Below are positions 13,977-27,230 of a stretch of DNA of 64,000 nt, one piece after another. The position numbers and the translations under genes are program-made. Under the pieces are notes generated by a model. That model ran no database searches. It saw only the letters and a program-made list of their open reading frames with translations, and had not been told where the DNA came from. The DNA comes from Octopus sinensis. Lineage: Eukaryota. The stretch covers positions 122,078,001 through 122,142,000 of the forward strand of contig NC_043001.1 of NCBI RefSeq assembly GCF_006345805.1. The letters run 5' to 3'. Each line of letters opens with the position of its first letter. Position 1 is the first letter of the stretch.

Positions 13977-14011
<35 letters not shown>

Positions 14012-14138
14012 TATGTATATATGTATATATACATATACATATATATATGTATATATGTATAATATACATATACATATATATATGATATATGTATATATAC
14101 ATATACATATATATATGTATATATACATATACATATAC

Positions 14139-14170
<32 letters not shown>

Positions 14171-14515
14171 ATGTATATATACATATATATATGTATATAT
14201 GTATATAACATATACATATATATATGTATATATACATATATGTATATATGTATATATACATATACATATATATATGTATATATACATATATATATGTATA
14301 TATGTATATATACATATATGTATATATGTATATATACATATACATATATATATGATATATACATATATATGTATATATGTATATATACATATACATATAT
14401 ATGTATAATATGTATATATGTATATATGTATATATACATATACATATATATATGTATATATGTATATATACATATCATATATATATATGTATATATCATA
14501 TACATATACATATAT

Positions 14516-14546
<31 letters not shown>

Positions 14547-14908
14547 TATATGTTATATATCATATACATATATATATGTATATATGTATATATACATATA
14601 CATATATATATGTATATATGTATATATACATATACATATATATATATGTATATATACATATACATATGTATATATGTATGTATATATACATATACATATA
14701 TATAATGTATATATACATATACATATACATATGTATATATGTATATATACATATACATATATATATGTATATGTACATATACATATACATATATATATGT
14801 ATATGTATATATACATATACATATACATATATATATGTATATATATATATATGTATATATATATGTAATATACATATACATATACATATATATATTATAT
14901 ATATAGAT
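12307..14908. repeat. 2.6-kb degenerate TA-based satellite (TATATATG/TATATACA/TATACA modules)
   Basis: Directly visible near-uninterrupted purine-pyrimidine alternation. Source of the many Y/I/C/M-rich pseudo-ORFs. Confidence 0.98.
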
Positions 14909-15128
14909 AAATACTGAATTGCAAAAAAACTTGAGAATTACATAATCTATTTCATTAGCTTACACCTGTTTCTACTGTAAGAAGTGCTCTTACAGCTGAG
15001 CATTTGTGTGATATTGCTTCCTTAGAGCCATGCTTTTTGAGGCTGTATTTTACAGATGGGTACTTTACTTGTTGCCTATTTATTTAGCCACCTCCTTTCC
15101 ACATGTATCGATATGACACGCATGTGTA

Positions 15129-15169
<41 letters not shown>

Positions 15170-15494
15170 TTACAGACACCAAAATTATGCTCACACATAT
15201 TTATATATATAACCAAAATATACTCTCTTACATATATAACCAAGCATATATATACACACTTATATATAATTGTATAAACTTGCATTTATGCATGCACACA
15301 CACATGCACACTCACACGTGCACACTCCCACATGCACACACAGACACACACACACATTATATATGTAATTGTAAACATATAATCAGGACCATGATTTCAA
15401 TAATAGAGCATCCTTATTTCTTGATAATTTTGAAAATATATCAACTGAGCATGTGTTTTGTGTACATTTTCATTAAAGCCAAAATTATCTATAT

Positions 15495-15730
15495 TATTTA
15501 CATTTACATTATTTACATTTGATGGATATTTATCCTCATCTTGTTTGTTGTTAACACAACATTTCAGCTGATATACCCTCCAGCCTTCATCACGTGAAAG
15601 ATACAGTGTATATTAGCTGATGAAGGCTGGAGGGTATATCAGCTGAAATGTTGTGTTAACAATAAGATGAGGACAAATATCCGTCAAATATAAACAGTGT
15701 GCATAATTCCTCATCTCTTAAATATTGAAC
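15495..15730. mobile_element. Inverted pair of Penelope-like terminal repeats with decayed hammerhead-like core
   Basis: Arms atttgatggatatt...ccagccttcatca and tgatgaaggctgg...aatatccgtcaaat with a spacer of about 25 nt. Core CTGATGA-A-GGCTG...CAGCT-GAAA at 15617-15648. Confidence 0.65.
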
Positions 15731-16706
15731 CAAAATTATCTGCTTAAGCCTACATAATCTTCACAATCATTATTAATGTCACACTAGCATAAATTACATT
15801 TGTGTTTCCATACCTGATTCTGATTTAACAATATAGTAAGCTATTTTGGTATGGTAGAGAACATTAAAACATATCACTCATAATCTCACTGAGTCAGTGT
15901 GACAATTCTTTTTACTGTTTGTAAAATATCGGTTTAGAACAGGATGAAGAGTCTCTGATTTGGTGCTTACTTTTTCTACCAATCTCTTTATTATGGAAAC
16001 TATTGCGGAAAGAAAAAAAATGAAAACAAAAAATAAATAAAAACAAAATATTAGAAAATAAACTGAATGAAAACAGGAAAAAGAAATTATGAAATTCAAA
16101 ACTTATATAACTTATTATATATATATATATATATATATAAATATATATATATACACAGCAAAAATGACATTATCATAAATTTTATAATTTTTTTTCTTGA
16201 AAGTTATTAAAACGAATTATCTATAAAATTGTTTTTTTGTGAACTGATTTCAAAAGATTAAAATAAAAAAATATACTAACGAGTTAAATGGTTTTTGATT
16301 AATATTTAGTAGTTAAAAAAAAAAAGGAGCTGGAAAAAAAAAAGCACTGTTTCGTTACTCTATCACCATTCACATGAAAAACAATAGTTAAGTTAGTGTT
16401 AACACGTTTAATGTTGTGAGCATGAGATATCTAATTAGAAATACTTATGTGAAGGTGTGTGATCTTATAGATAAAGGGTTGGGCTCACAGTCATAACTAC
16501 ACCGGTTCATTTCCTAGACCGGATGATATATTGTGCCTTGAGCAAGGTACTTCATTTTCTTGTTGCTTCACTTTACTTAGCTGAGAACAAGTATCAACCA
16601 AATTCTGGTGCTGTTCACTCTCCATCCCATTGTCATATCCTTGAAATTCTAGTTCAAGAGTGAGAAGTATGATATTGTATACAAGAGGGCATGAAAAAAA
16701 TCAATG

Positions 16707-16906
16707 TCTTTTACTCTTTTACTTGTTTCAGTCATTTGACTGTGGCCACGCTGGAGCACCGCCGTTAGTCGAGCAAATCGATCCCAAGACTTATTCTTTG
16801 TAAGCCTAGTACTTATTCTATTGGTATCTTTTGCTGAACTGCTAAGTTACGGGGACGTAAACACATCAGCATCGGTTGTCAAGCAATGTTGGGAGGAAAA
16901 ACACAA

Positions 16907-16969
<63 letters not shown>

Positions 16970-17145
16970 CATACATATACATATATACGATGGGCTTCTT
17001 TCAGTTTCCGTCTACCAAATCTACTCACAAGGCTTTGGTCGACCCGAGGCTATAGTAGAAGACACTTGCCCAAGGTGCCACGCAGTGAGACTCAACCCTG
17101 AACCATGTGGTTGGTAAGCAAGCTACTTACCACACAGCTACTCCT
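16707..17145 (-). mobile_element. SINE family B (tRNA head + CORE-like domain + microsatellite linker + LINE-derived tail), full length
   Basis: Reverse complement of aggagtagctgtgtggtaag...caccttgggcaagtgtcttc...(TA/TG)n...gctccagcgtggccacagtcaaatgactgaaacaagtaaaagag. The ccttgggcaagt motif is MIR/CORE-like; similar to my recollection of octopus OR-type SINEs. Confidence 0.9.
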
Positions 17146-17626
17146 AAAAATTCTAAAAAAATCACTGTGATTAATTACTGTATTTACTTATGTATAAGTC
17201 ACACCCCTAGTTTACTGTTAAATCTTGATATAAACATTTTCCCCTCGTAGTTTTAGCTTTCTCCTGTGTATGCTGTATCCCAGATTTTTCAGTTAAAATC
17301 AAGTATAAAATATTACAACTTATACACGATGAAATATGGTAATTGAAAATGCCATCTGCTTGCATGTTTAATGTGAACATTTTATGTCTGTTTATCCATG
17401 TTGGCATGGCTCAGATGAGTTTTTGGGGATAGTATTTTATGGTTGGATACTTTCCTATGACATGGAGGGACATGATGTATCTATTGCAAAACTATGGTAC
17501 AAATTTTAATAAATATGTATGTAATGAAAAGAATGTATAAACTTAATGACTAGTATATTTTTTTATTATTTTGGTAAACATGGGGGATAACTCTGGACAT
17601 ATTTCAGTCTTAATAGACCTCATTAA

Positions 17627-17845
17627 CCCTTTAGCATTTAATCTGGTCATATCAAGCCCAAATTTTCTATGTATTGTTTGTTCAAACTGGGCAGATCAGG
17701 CCCCTCACACCTATCCTACAATGTCATTCTGAAAATATTCAATCATATCATTGAAATCTTAAAGCTATGAGATAACGATGATTAATTCAAAACGATGTGA
17801 ACAAATAAGCATTACATTTGACTGATTAATCTGAATGCTAAAGGG
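17627..17845. mobile_element. piggyBac-type MITE
   Basis: TTAA|CCCTTTAGCATT...AATGCTAAAGGG|TTAA: TIRs with TTAA target duplication. Confidence 0.85.
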
Positions 17846-18209
17846 TTAAAGCATGGTATTTCTAATTAGATCTGATGCTCACTACAATGAAGTATTAACA
17901 CCAACTTAACGATTGTTTCGTAAGTTATATGTAGTAGCTGCATTAAACTTGCTTAATTCTACACTACTTGCTTTATCTCATTTGTCACAGTAATTTCTTT
18001 TGCTGTAACTTATTCGCTCTCTTTATTTCATGCTTTTTCTCTCACATATGGCTTAATTAGATGTAGTTATTTTGCATGAAAACAAAAAAAAACAAAAAAT
18101 GAGTTACAGTTTAAATCTTTAAGGCCTGAGACATATTTCACACTTTTAATATTCTCTAAGGTATTTTAAAAGTTAGGCTTGAAGAATTTGGAGGGATAAT
18201 GATGGATAT

Positions 18210-18655
18210 TAAAGCCTTTTGTTACCATATTCCTGTTGAATATATTTCTTTTGATTCAATTAATTTTCAACATCATCATCGTCGTCATCATCGTTTAACG
18301 TCCGTTTTCTGTGCTAGCATGGGTTGGACGGTTCAACTGGGGTCTGGGAAACCAGGAGGCTGCACCAGGCTCCAGTCTGATCTGGCAGTGTTTCTACAGC
18401 TGGATGCCTTTCCTAACACCAACCACTCTGTGAGTGTAGTGGGTGCTTTTTACATGCCACTGGCACAGGGGCCAGAGGAGGCTGGCAAACGGCCACAATC
18501 GGTTGGTGATAAATTCTTTTTGACATTGCTAAGCTGTTGCTTGGGACATATGTTAACATGAAATTTTGCTGGAAAATTTTAATTTAGATCTTTAAAACAG
18601 GAATATTGTATCATAGAATCATGGGCAGTCTCAGGCAGTTTGGTATCAAAAGGGT
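18210..18655. mobile_element. Second piggyBac-type MITE family, interrupted by a family C element
   Basis: Right end ggtatcaaaaggg|ttaa; degenerate left end gccttttgttacc; family C copy inserted at about 18270-18512. Confidence 0.45.
18270..18512 (-). mobile_element. SINE/non-autonomous element family C with RTE-like (GAT)n tail
   Basis: (cat)n-cgtttaacgtccg...gctagcatgggttggacgg...ctggatgcctttcctaacaccaacc; recurs many times in the window. Confidence 0.85.
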
Positions 18656-18706
18656 TAATTACTTTCAGGTACTTGTAATTTTGATGATAATCTTCCTCTA
18701 TGGTAA

Positions 18707-19160
18707 ATCATCATCATCATCATCATCATTTAACGTCCGCTTTCCATGCTAGCATGGGTTGGACGATTTTGACTGAGGGCTGGCAAACCAAATGGCTGCA
18801 CCAGGCTCCAATCTTGATTTGGCCGAGTTTCTACAGCTGGATGCCCTTCCTGACGCCAACCACTTTGAGAGTGTAGTGGGTGATTTTTACGTGCCACCGG
18901 CACGGGGGCCAGTCAGGCGGTACTGGCAATGACCTTGCTCGAATCGTTTTACATGTGTCACCGGCACAGGTGCCAGTGAAGTGACGTTGGTAGCGATCAT
19001 GCTCGAATGGTGCTCTTTTACGTGCTACGGATACGAAAGCCAATTGGCTGCTTTGGCAGCGATCACGCTCGGATGTTGCTCTTGGCACCCTACTAGCGCA
19101 AGCATAAGTGCCAGTAAGGCGCTGCTGGTAATGATCATACTCGAATAGCCACTCTGTCAT
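18707..19160 (-). mobile_element. Family C element, long copy
   Basis: (cat)n tail plus ggatgcccttcctgacgccaacc and internal gtgcc(a/g)gtg repeats. Confidence 0.85.
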
Positions 19161-19354
19161 CGATCCTTCTAAATATAGAAGGAATCTGATAAATATATTA
19201 AAACTTATAATAAAATATCAGCATACCATCATCATCATTTTAGCATCCACTTTTCCATGCCTGCATGAATTGTATAGAGTTCTAGAGTTCATTAAGACTT
19301 ATTTTCTACAGCCAGATGCCCTTTCTGGCACCAAGCCTCCCCTGTGTCCAAGTA

Positions 19355-19571
19355 CAGTAATCCCTTGCCATATTGCGGTTCACCTATTGCAGTTTATTAT
19401 TTAAGCTTATATTGATTCCTCCGTGGTGGTGTTTTGCATTTATAATAAAATAGATATATACAAATTATAAAAATAATCTAAAAAATATACAGTACAGTAC
19501 TGTTTCTACTTTGTGGATTTTCACCTATCGTGGTAAGGTTTTGGATTTTCACCTATCGTGAGGGATTACTA
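19355..19571. mobile_element. pogo/Tigger-type MITE
   Basis: TA|CAGTAATCCCT...AGGGATTACT(A) TIRs; internal duplication of ggattttcacctatcgtg. Confidence 0.65.
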
Positions 19572-19842
19572 TGAAGTTAAATTTTCTCCATGGCTGGACA
19601 TGTTTTCACAGAAGCTTGGAAATGAAGAACACCACTTTTATAGCAATGATACTCATAACAACATGCAATGTTTTGAAAAGAAGGCACACACACACACACA
19701 AATGCAGGGTTGGCTGAAGGTACCAGCAACTTGGGCGGTCACCCAGGGTGCCATCAGCTAGGGTTCGCCAAGGAGAGCATGACAAAATAAGGAAGTTTCC
19801 ATGACCTACACATTGAAGTTCGGCTTTCCCAGGGCACCAGCA

Positions 19843-19869
<27 letters not shown>

Positions 19870-19876
<7 letters not shown>

Positions 19877-20030
19877 ATAATGGGCTTCTTTTAATTTTCA
19901 TCTACCAAATCCACTCAAAGCTTTGGTGGGCTCAGGGCTACAGTAGAAGCCATTTGCCCAAAGTACTATGCAATGGAACCGAATCCAGAATTATGTGCTT
20001 AGGAAGCAAACTTCTCAACTACACAGCCAA
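19870..20030 (-). mobile_element. SINE family B 5' half
   Basis: ctaccaaatccactc...ccatttgcccaaagt... next to (CA)n. Confidence 0.7.
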
Positions 20031-20933
20031 ATTTATTCTGGGTGACTATACTTCATTTTTTGGGGAAGAATACTCTTGATTAAATCGTTATTGTTTTTAT
20101 GAAACCTTTAAGAGATTTTGAACTCAGAACTGTATGTTAATGAAAGCACTCACAGCTTAACTGTAATTAGGTGTCACTCTAAAGTGCAAAACACCACTCT
20201 AAGTAGATTAGAGAAGGTAGATCTAAACGGATACTATAAAAGTATTCAAATTTTTTTAAAAAAATATCTATTTTCTCAGATGAAAATAAAAAGTCTGTCC
20301 TGTAATACCAGATTCCTTTTTTTATACACAACTTGCAAACTTATCCAAACTCGTAAACTTTATAAATTAATTTATGATCATATTTTCCTAAGTGGGAAAA
20401 GATGTCATTTCAGAAGCAGATATGAAGTGAATAATTCTCTTTGCTTTTAAGGTTAATTAAATTAAACCAACATTTCCCAAATTAGGTTTTGCAGAACATT
20501 AATACATAATAGTATCTGGTAACTGTGTTATAGAATTTATCTATTTTAAGTTTCTTATCTAATCTGATTTAAGATATACATTGGAAGGGATGTATAATTG
20601 TTTTTCTTATTTCTTCTTTTTAGACACCGTTAGTCTAGCTGTCTTCCATGATTTAATATATTACTTACCAACATACTATTTTAGTAGGGAAGCTAAAAGA
20701 ATATTTAGTATATATAAGTGCCCTTTTATTCTACTGTTTTACTTGTTTAAGACATAGGACTGTAGCCATGTTTGAGCACTGCTTTGAAGGCTTTAGTTTA
20801 TCAAACCTACCCCAGTGCTTATTTTAAATCTCTTGTATATTCCATCAGTTACTTTTTACTGAACCACTAAGCTATGATGATATAATCAAATTCATGTTAG
20901 TTATCAAGCAGTAAGAGACGGACACATAAATAT

Positions 20934-21130
20934 ACGGCGAACTGGCAGAATCGTTAGCATGCCGGGCGAAATGCGTAGCCGTATTTCGTCTGCCATTATG
21001 TTCTGAGTTCAAATTCCGCTGAGGTCGACTTTGCCTTTCATCCTTGCGAGATCGATAAATTAAATACCAGATCTAATCAACTGGCCTTCTCTCCCCAAAT
21101 TTCGGGCTTTGTGCCTAGAGTAGAAAAGAA
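20934..21130 (+). mobile_element. SINE family A variant
   Basis: ggcgaactggcagaatcgttagcatgccgggcgaaatgcg...gttctgagttcaaattccgc...gtgcctagagtagaaaagaa. Confidence 0.88.
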
Positions 21131-21150
21131 CATTTCTTCCTACTTATGTT

Positions 21151-21213
21151 AAACGGCGGTGCATCAGCATGGCCGCAGCTCTGAGCTGAAACTAAAAAGA
21201 AAAAAAAAAAAAC
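21151..21213 (+). mobile_element. Extremely truncated LINE 3' UTR with poly(A)
   Basis: aaacggcggtgcatcagcatggccgcagctctgagctgaaact-A-rich tail; same as the 3' end of the CR1-like LINE at 55514-55567. Confidence 0.75.
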
Positions 21214-21460
21214 ATTAAAGATACATGACTGGCTTCACACATATTTTGCCTACCAAATTCTCTCACAAAGCATTGATTGGCCTGGGACTGCTGTAGAAGG
21301 TACTTGCCTAAGGATTTGCATTGTTGGACCAATCCTTAAAGCCTATAAATGCAAGGTTAACTTCTTGAATTCACAGTTATGAGTGTGCTTAAATGTTTAT
21401 GTTTACAAAAAATGTATGTCAGCTTTTGTGGAATGAAACTTGGAGACAACATTGTCTTAA

Positions 21461-21667
21461 CCTTTTAGCCTTCAGATTTCTCTATCAAATGTATTTATTC
21501 ATAATGACATGAACCAGTCACACATTACCTTGTAACTTTGAGATTTCAATGATGTGATTGTTAATTTTTAGAATAATATTGTAGGGTAAGTGTGATAGGC
21601 CAGATCTGGCCAATTTGAAGATAAAACAGGTAGAGTATTTGGCTAGATATAGCCAAATGCTAAAGAA
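21461..21667. mobile_element. piggyBac-type MITE (same family as 17627, opposite orientation)
   Basis: TTAA|CCTTTTAGCCTT...AATGCTAAAGAA|TTAA; internal similarity to the reverse complement of 17627-17845. Confidence 0.75.
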
Positions 21668-21868
21668 TTAATGTTTACTTTTCCACGCTAGCATAGATCA
21701 GATGAAATTCATTGAAGCAGATTTTCCATGACCGGATGCCCCCAACTTTTTTGGTATGGCTATCAAAATGACTGCAGTCTTACATTTGTTAATATCCATC
21801 AAAGATCATTCAACTTCACTTACACGAATCTTGAGAAAGAAGCTCAAGAGTTGGTAGAAATGAATGAA

Positions 21869-22282
21869 GGCGGCGAGCTGGCAGAAACATTAGCATGCCC
21901 GGCGAAATGCTTTGTGGTATTTCGTCCACCGCTGCGTTCTGAGTTCAAATTCCACCGAGGTCGCCTTTCCCATTCATCCTTTCAGGGTCGATAAATTAAG
22001 CACCAGTTATGCACTGGGGTCGATGTAATCGACTTAATCCGTTTGTCTGTCCTTGTTTGTCCCCTCTGTGTTTAGCCCCTTGTGGGTAGTAAAGAAATAG
22101 GTATTTCATTTGTTATTATGTTCTGAATTCAGATTCTGCCGAGGTTGACTTTGCCTTTCATCTTTCGGGGTCGATAAATTAAGTACCAGTTATGCACTGG
22201 GGTCGATGTAATCGACTTAATCCATTTGTCTGTTCTTGTTTGTCCCCTCTGTGTTTAGACCCTTGTGGGCAATAAAGAAATA
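21869..22282 (+). mobile_element. Head-to-tail SINE family A dimer (full + 5'-truncated) inside one TSD
   Basis: Two consecutive A bodies; 12-bp repeat agaaatgaatga at 21856-21867 and 22283-22294. Confidence 0.88.
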
Positions 22283-22529
22283 AGAAATGAATGATCCCTC
22301 TGTCCCACTCATTTTTATCAGTGTTGTACTCTGAAGGTCTTCTCATGACACATCATCTCTACTATCATTATTTTTATAAAGCTCGACCCAGTCACTCCCA
22401 TGCTTCTCTTCTCTAATGTGAGCAGTCATGTAGCTACTCTCCTGCAAAAAACCTATTTTGTTCTGCTCCCTTCTCTCACCCTTCTATCTCTCATCTCTTA
22501 GTATAAAGCTGCTCCCTTCAGGTTCATAG

Positions 22530-22746
22530 TCTTGTAAGCTGCATGGTGACTTCACAAGTGCTGGTGGCACTTATAGGGACCCACTACTTGCAGTGAAGTG
22601 GTCAGCATTAGGAAGGGCATCTAACCATAGAAACTATGCCAGAGTAGATACTGGAGCACAATGCCATCCTCTGGCTTGCTGGATCCTTGCAAACCATCCA
22701 ATCTATGCCAGCATGAACATGGACATTAAATGATGATGATGATGAT
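22530..22746 (+). mobile_element. Family C element, degraded
   Basis: attaggaagggcatc...gccagcatgaacatggacattaaa(tga)n. Confidence 0.75.
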
Positions 22747-22786
22747 TTATACATAAAGTGTGTTTCAAACATGGAGGAGTAATTTT

Positions 22787-23196
22787 AGGCATAGGAGGTG
22801 CTGTGTGGTAAGTAGTTTGCTTCCCAACCACATGGTTACGGGTTCAGTCCCACTGCGTGGCATCTTGGGCAAGAGTCTTCTAGTATAACCTTAGGCTGAC
22901 CAAAGCCTTGAGTGGATTTGGTAGACGGAAACTGAAAGAAGCCCGTCGTATATATGTATATATATATATGTATGTGTGTGTGTGTGTGTATGTTTGTGTG
23001 TCTGTGTTTGTCCCCCCAACATCGCTTGACAACCGATGCTGGTGTGTTTACGTCCCCGTAACTTAGCGGTTCGGCAAAAGAGACCGATAGAATAAGTACT
23101 AGGCTTACAAAGAATAAGTCCTGGGGTTGATTTGCTCGACTGAAGGTGGTGCTCCAGCATGGCCACAGTCAAATGACTGAAACAAGTAAAAGAGAG
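22787..23196 (+). mobile_element. SINE family B, full length
   Basis: Complete head, linker and tail. Confidence 0.92.
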
Positions 23197-23477
23197 ATAA
23201 ATTAAGAGATAGCTGGATTAAATGGAATCTACCATTACGAATAATGATTATCTCAATCTATTGCACGTAAAAACCTAACAATGTAGATGACCCACCTTTC
23301 TCATCTAATTATTATTAAGTAAAATCTTAATGATGTAGATGATACATTCATCATCAATCAAACACCATCACTGATCTCTTAGTGATCTTGTATTTTACCA
23401 TTTTTCTCGATGATTTTGATTTACACTGACCCATTGCTTTGCAGTCTAGAGCATCTCACACCTCTGATCTTTTGATG

Positions 23478-23735
23478 TAGAATATGATCGTTACCAGCGT
23501 CGCCTTACTGGCACTTGTGCATGTGCTAGTAGGGTGCCAATCCGAGCGTGATCGTTGCCAGAACAGCCAACTGGCTTCCGTGCCAGTGGCACATAAAAGG
23601 CACCATTCGAGTGTGATCGTTACCAACGTCGCTTCACTGGCACCTGTGCCAGTGGCACATGTAAAAAGATTCGAGTGAGGTCGTTGCTAGTGCTGCCTGA
23701 CTGGCCCCCGTGCCGGTGGCACATAAAAAGCTAAA
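23478..23735 (-). mobile_element. Family C internal fragment
   Basis: gatcgttaccagcgtcgcc...gtgccagtggcac repeats as in 18900-19150. Confidence 0.75.
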
Positions 23736-23884
23736 TTGTGTATTTGGAAGCAGACTTATTAACTTCATGGCTATGCCTGCATCTTTATAGAATAAAATTA
23801 TCATATTACAATGCTATGCAGAATGCCATTGATTTGATGGTGTTTAACAAAACAGTACCATAGACTGCGTTTGTCCCTCCAAAA

Positions 23885-24134
23885 TCGATTGTCAAGCAAT
23901 GTTGGGGGGACAAACACAGACACACAAACATATACATACACATACATATATATATATATACACATATATACAGCGGGATTCTTTCAGTTTCCATCTACCA
24001 AATCCACTCACAAGGCTTTGGTTGGCCTGAAGCCATACTAGAAGACACTTGCCCAAGGTGCCACACAGTGGGACTTAACCCGTAACCATGTGGTTGGTAA
24101 GCAAGCAACTTACCACAGCCACTCCTGTGCCTAT
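23885..24134 (-). mobile_element. SINE family B, tail-truncated
   Basis: ggggacaaacacag...ctaccaaatccactcacaaggctttgg...actcctgtgcctat. Confidence 0.88.
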
Positions 24135-24481
24135 TTGAACAATTTTAGCATAATTCAATTAAATGTTATCCATTAATAGTGATTTTACAAGGGAGATAAT
24201 CATTTCTTCATAAAATTTGGTAGGATTAGAAATTTGAATTTGAAATTAAGGAATTATAAGGTTCATAGCATTCATATTGATATCAAGGAATTATAAGATG
24301 CATAGAATTCATATTGAATTTTTTTGTTTAATTATGAAGTTTTAAAAATTTCGAGTCATTGATAATCATGTATTTATGTATAGCACTATTTCATTCTGTT
24401 TAGAAATCGCTAAGTATAATATAATCTGAGATTTATTAATCAAACATAATTTTTCTACAAAAAAGACACTAGAAGCAATAT

Positions 24482-24645
24482 GCAGGAGAGGCTCTGTGGT
24501 AAGTAGCTTGCTTACCAACTACATGGTTCCAGGTTCAGTCCCACTGCGTGGCACCTTGAGCAAGTGTCTTCTACTATAGCCTTGGGTCGACCAAAGCCTT
24601 GTGAGTGGATTTGGTAGACGGAACTAAAAGAAGCTTGTCGTATAT
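24482..24645 (+). mobile_element. SINE family B 5' half
   Basis: Head plus CORE-like part, ending in (CA)n. Confidence 0.88.
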
Positions 24646-24734
24646 ATGTGTGCACACACACACACACACACACACTCTCTCTCTCCCATCAAAGATAATG
24701 TCCTTTTCATATGTTCAGTATTTCCTGAGTATTC

Positions 24735-24945
24735 TTATTTATTTACTGCCCACAAGGAGCTACACACAGAGGGTACAAACAAGGACAGACAAAAGGATTA
24801 AATCGATTACATCGACCCCAGTGTGTAGCTGGCACTTATTTAATTGACCCCCAAGAGGATAAAAAGCAAAGTCAACCTTGGTGGAAATTGAACTCAGAAT
24901 GTAACATCAGACGAAATACTGCTAAGCATTTCAGCTGGTGTACTA
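24735..24945 (-). mobile_element. SINE family A
   Basis: Reverse complement of the family A body (acaaggacagac...catcgaccccagtg...gaactcagaa). Confidence 0.85.
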
Positions 24946-25157
24946 ATATATATTACGGAGATGTACTTGCATAGCAAGTGACTTGATTTGTGATCATGTG
25001 CTGAAACAAAATCTATTGCAGCATGGAAGGTGTTTATAAGCCATTTAAAAACATACAAAAACCGTTAGATTCATTTCAACATTTAAATTTAATTTGTCAA
25101 AATACTTTCATCACTTTGAGACCGCAACCTGTTCACTGATGAAATTCTGTGCTGCAC

Positions 25158-25188
<31 letters not shown>

Positions 25189-26439
25189 CATACATGCACA
25201 CCCATACACAATGCTCTTTCTTTCTCTGTCATCTATTCAAACTACTCCTTTGTCTCCTTCTCTTCCTTCACATTAACCTCTGACATTACTCTCTTCTCCT
25301 CTACTCCCACTCCAACTCTAGTCCTTCTGTTACTCCTCTCCCCATTACCATTTTCTTGCAATAAAACTGTTCCATACATCATGGGGTTTCTCTTGTGATT
25401 TGCAAGCTACAAGACAACCCCAGTAGTGCTGGTTCTACCAAAAACCCCCTGTACATAAAAGGTGATTAAAAGAGGTTGAGATAGGACTTGCACTCCGACC
25501 TTGTAAAATCCTCTCCAGCATTGACTACCCAAACAGATCCACAGGTTAGAGAACTGTTGCCTGAGTGGTCCAAAGGTGTTTTCTGCCAGGAGTAAGGAGT
25601 CACCAACAAATGGTAATGCATCATGTTGTTATAGCACATGCCTCCATAGTACTACTACTACTACAACACTGTAATTGTTGGCTAATCAATCTGAACAGCA
25701 ACAATGCAAGGCTTGAAAAGGCTCTTTAGGCTTACTGATGGCAAGGCAACCTCTATAGAGATGGTGCTGGGAAAAATGCACCCAGTACACACTGTGAAGT
25801 TGTTGGTGTTTGGAAGAACATCAAGCCATTGACACCATGTGAAAAATGAGCCAGAGGGAGACATGGTCCTCCAATCTATTGAATTGTGTCAAGCTATCCT
25901 ATTATTGCCAGCATGGAAAGCACATAGAAAATGACAGTGATGAGTGTGTGTGTGTGTGTGAACATTCATTTGCACACATATGAATAACATTCTGACTTTA
26001 GTTTTCAATTAGGAGAAACAGGTTCCTTTTAAACCAATAAGTGAAATGTTATCAGATGTCATGGACAACAGTTGAGAAATGGAAGTTTATATCCTTCCAT
26101 TGGCTCTGAGCTGTGTCAAAGTCTCAAATTCTTTGTTCTTAAACACCCATTTTTCCTGGTTGTAAGAAGCACAAAATGAACTTATCAACATTTTAACATT
26201 TTTCTTGTCTAACTTCTTGGCTAAGAAGTTTCCTTCCCAGCCTTGTGATACTGTATTTGATCTTACTGAATGGCATGTTGGGCAAGTTTTTTTACTATAA
26301 TCTTGAACTGAACAAGGCTTTATGAGTAAAATTTGGCAGATGGAAACCCATTATATGTATGTATGTGTGTAGGTTAGTAGGTATGCATGTAGACATGCAT
26401 ATGTAGGCATGACTGTGAAGATGGAGGCATTGTTGTTAA

Positions 26440-27230
26440 AGTTGGGCGGCATGGCTGTAAGATTAAGAAATATGTTTCCCAACTGTGGAATTTTTGCTTC
26501 AGTTCTATTGCATGGCACTTTGAACAGGTGTCTTCTGTGATATCCATAGGCTGATTAAAGTGTTGAGTGGATTTGGTAGATAGAAACTGAATCAAGTCCT
26601 TACGTATGCAGGAGTGGCTGTGTGGTAAGTAGTTTGCTTACCAACCACATGGCTCCGGGTTCAGTCCCACTGCGTGGCACCTTGGGCGAGTGTCTTCTGC
26701 TATAGCCTCGGGCCGACCAAGGACTTGTGAGTGGATTTGGTAGATGGAAACTGAAAGAAGCCCATCGTATATATGTATATATATATATATATATTTGTGT
26801 GTGTCCCCCAACATCACTTGATACCCGGTGCTGGTGTGTTTACATCCCCGTAACTTAGCGGTTCAGCAAAAGCATCCGATAGAATAAGTACTAGGCTTAC
26901 AAAGAATAAGTCCTGGGGTCGATTTGCTCGACTAATGCGGTGCTCCTGCATGGCCACAGTCAAATGACTGAAACAAGTAAAAGAGTATGTGTATTTTAGT
27001 TTCCTTGTCTTGATATTGCATGCTAGATGTAAACAAGTGTGATTGTTATATTAATTTCCTATCTTCTGTACAAATATGTTTGGTCATAAGGAAATATTAC
27101 CTTGCTTAGAAACAGACGAGGTTTGATGACAGGAAGGGCATCTGGCTCTAGAAAGTCCACCTCAGCAAATTTTATCTGACCCATGCAAGCATGGAAAAGT
27201 GGATACTAAAATAATGATGATAATAATAAT
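26440..27230 (+). mobile_element. Older CORE-head SINE with RTE-like (GAT)n tail (family E), split by a young family B copy
   Basis: Degraded B-like head at 26440-26600; body resumes at about 26990 and ends aggaagggcatctgg...aagcatggaaaagtgga...(tga)n. Confidence 0.6.
26608..26986 (+). mobile_element. SINE family B, full length, young
   Basis: CpG-rich complete copy. Confidence 0.92.

Noticed and set aside
12259-14917. Long ORFs up to 727 aa
   Set aside because: Translations of TA/CA/TG repeats, which lack stops in some frames; no coding signal.
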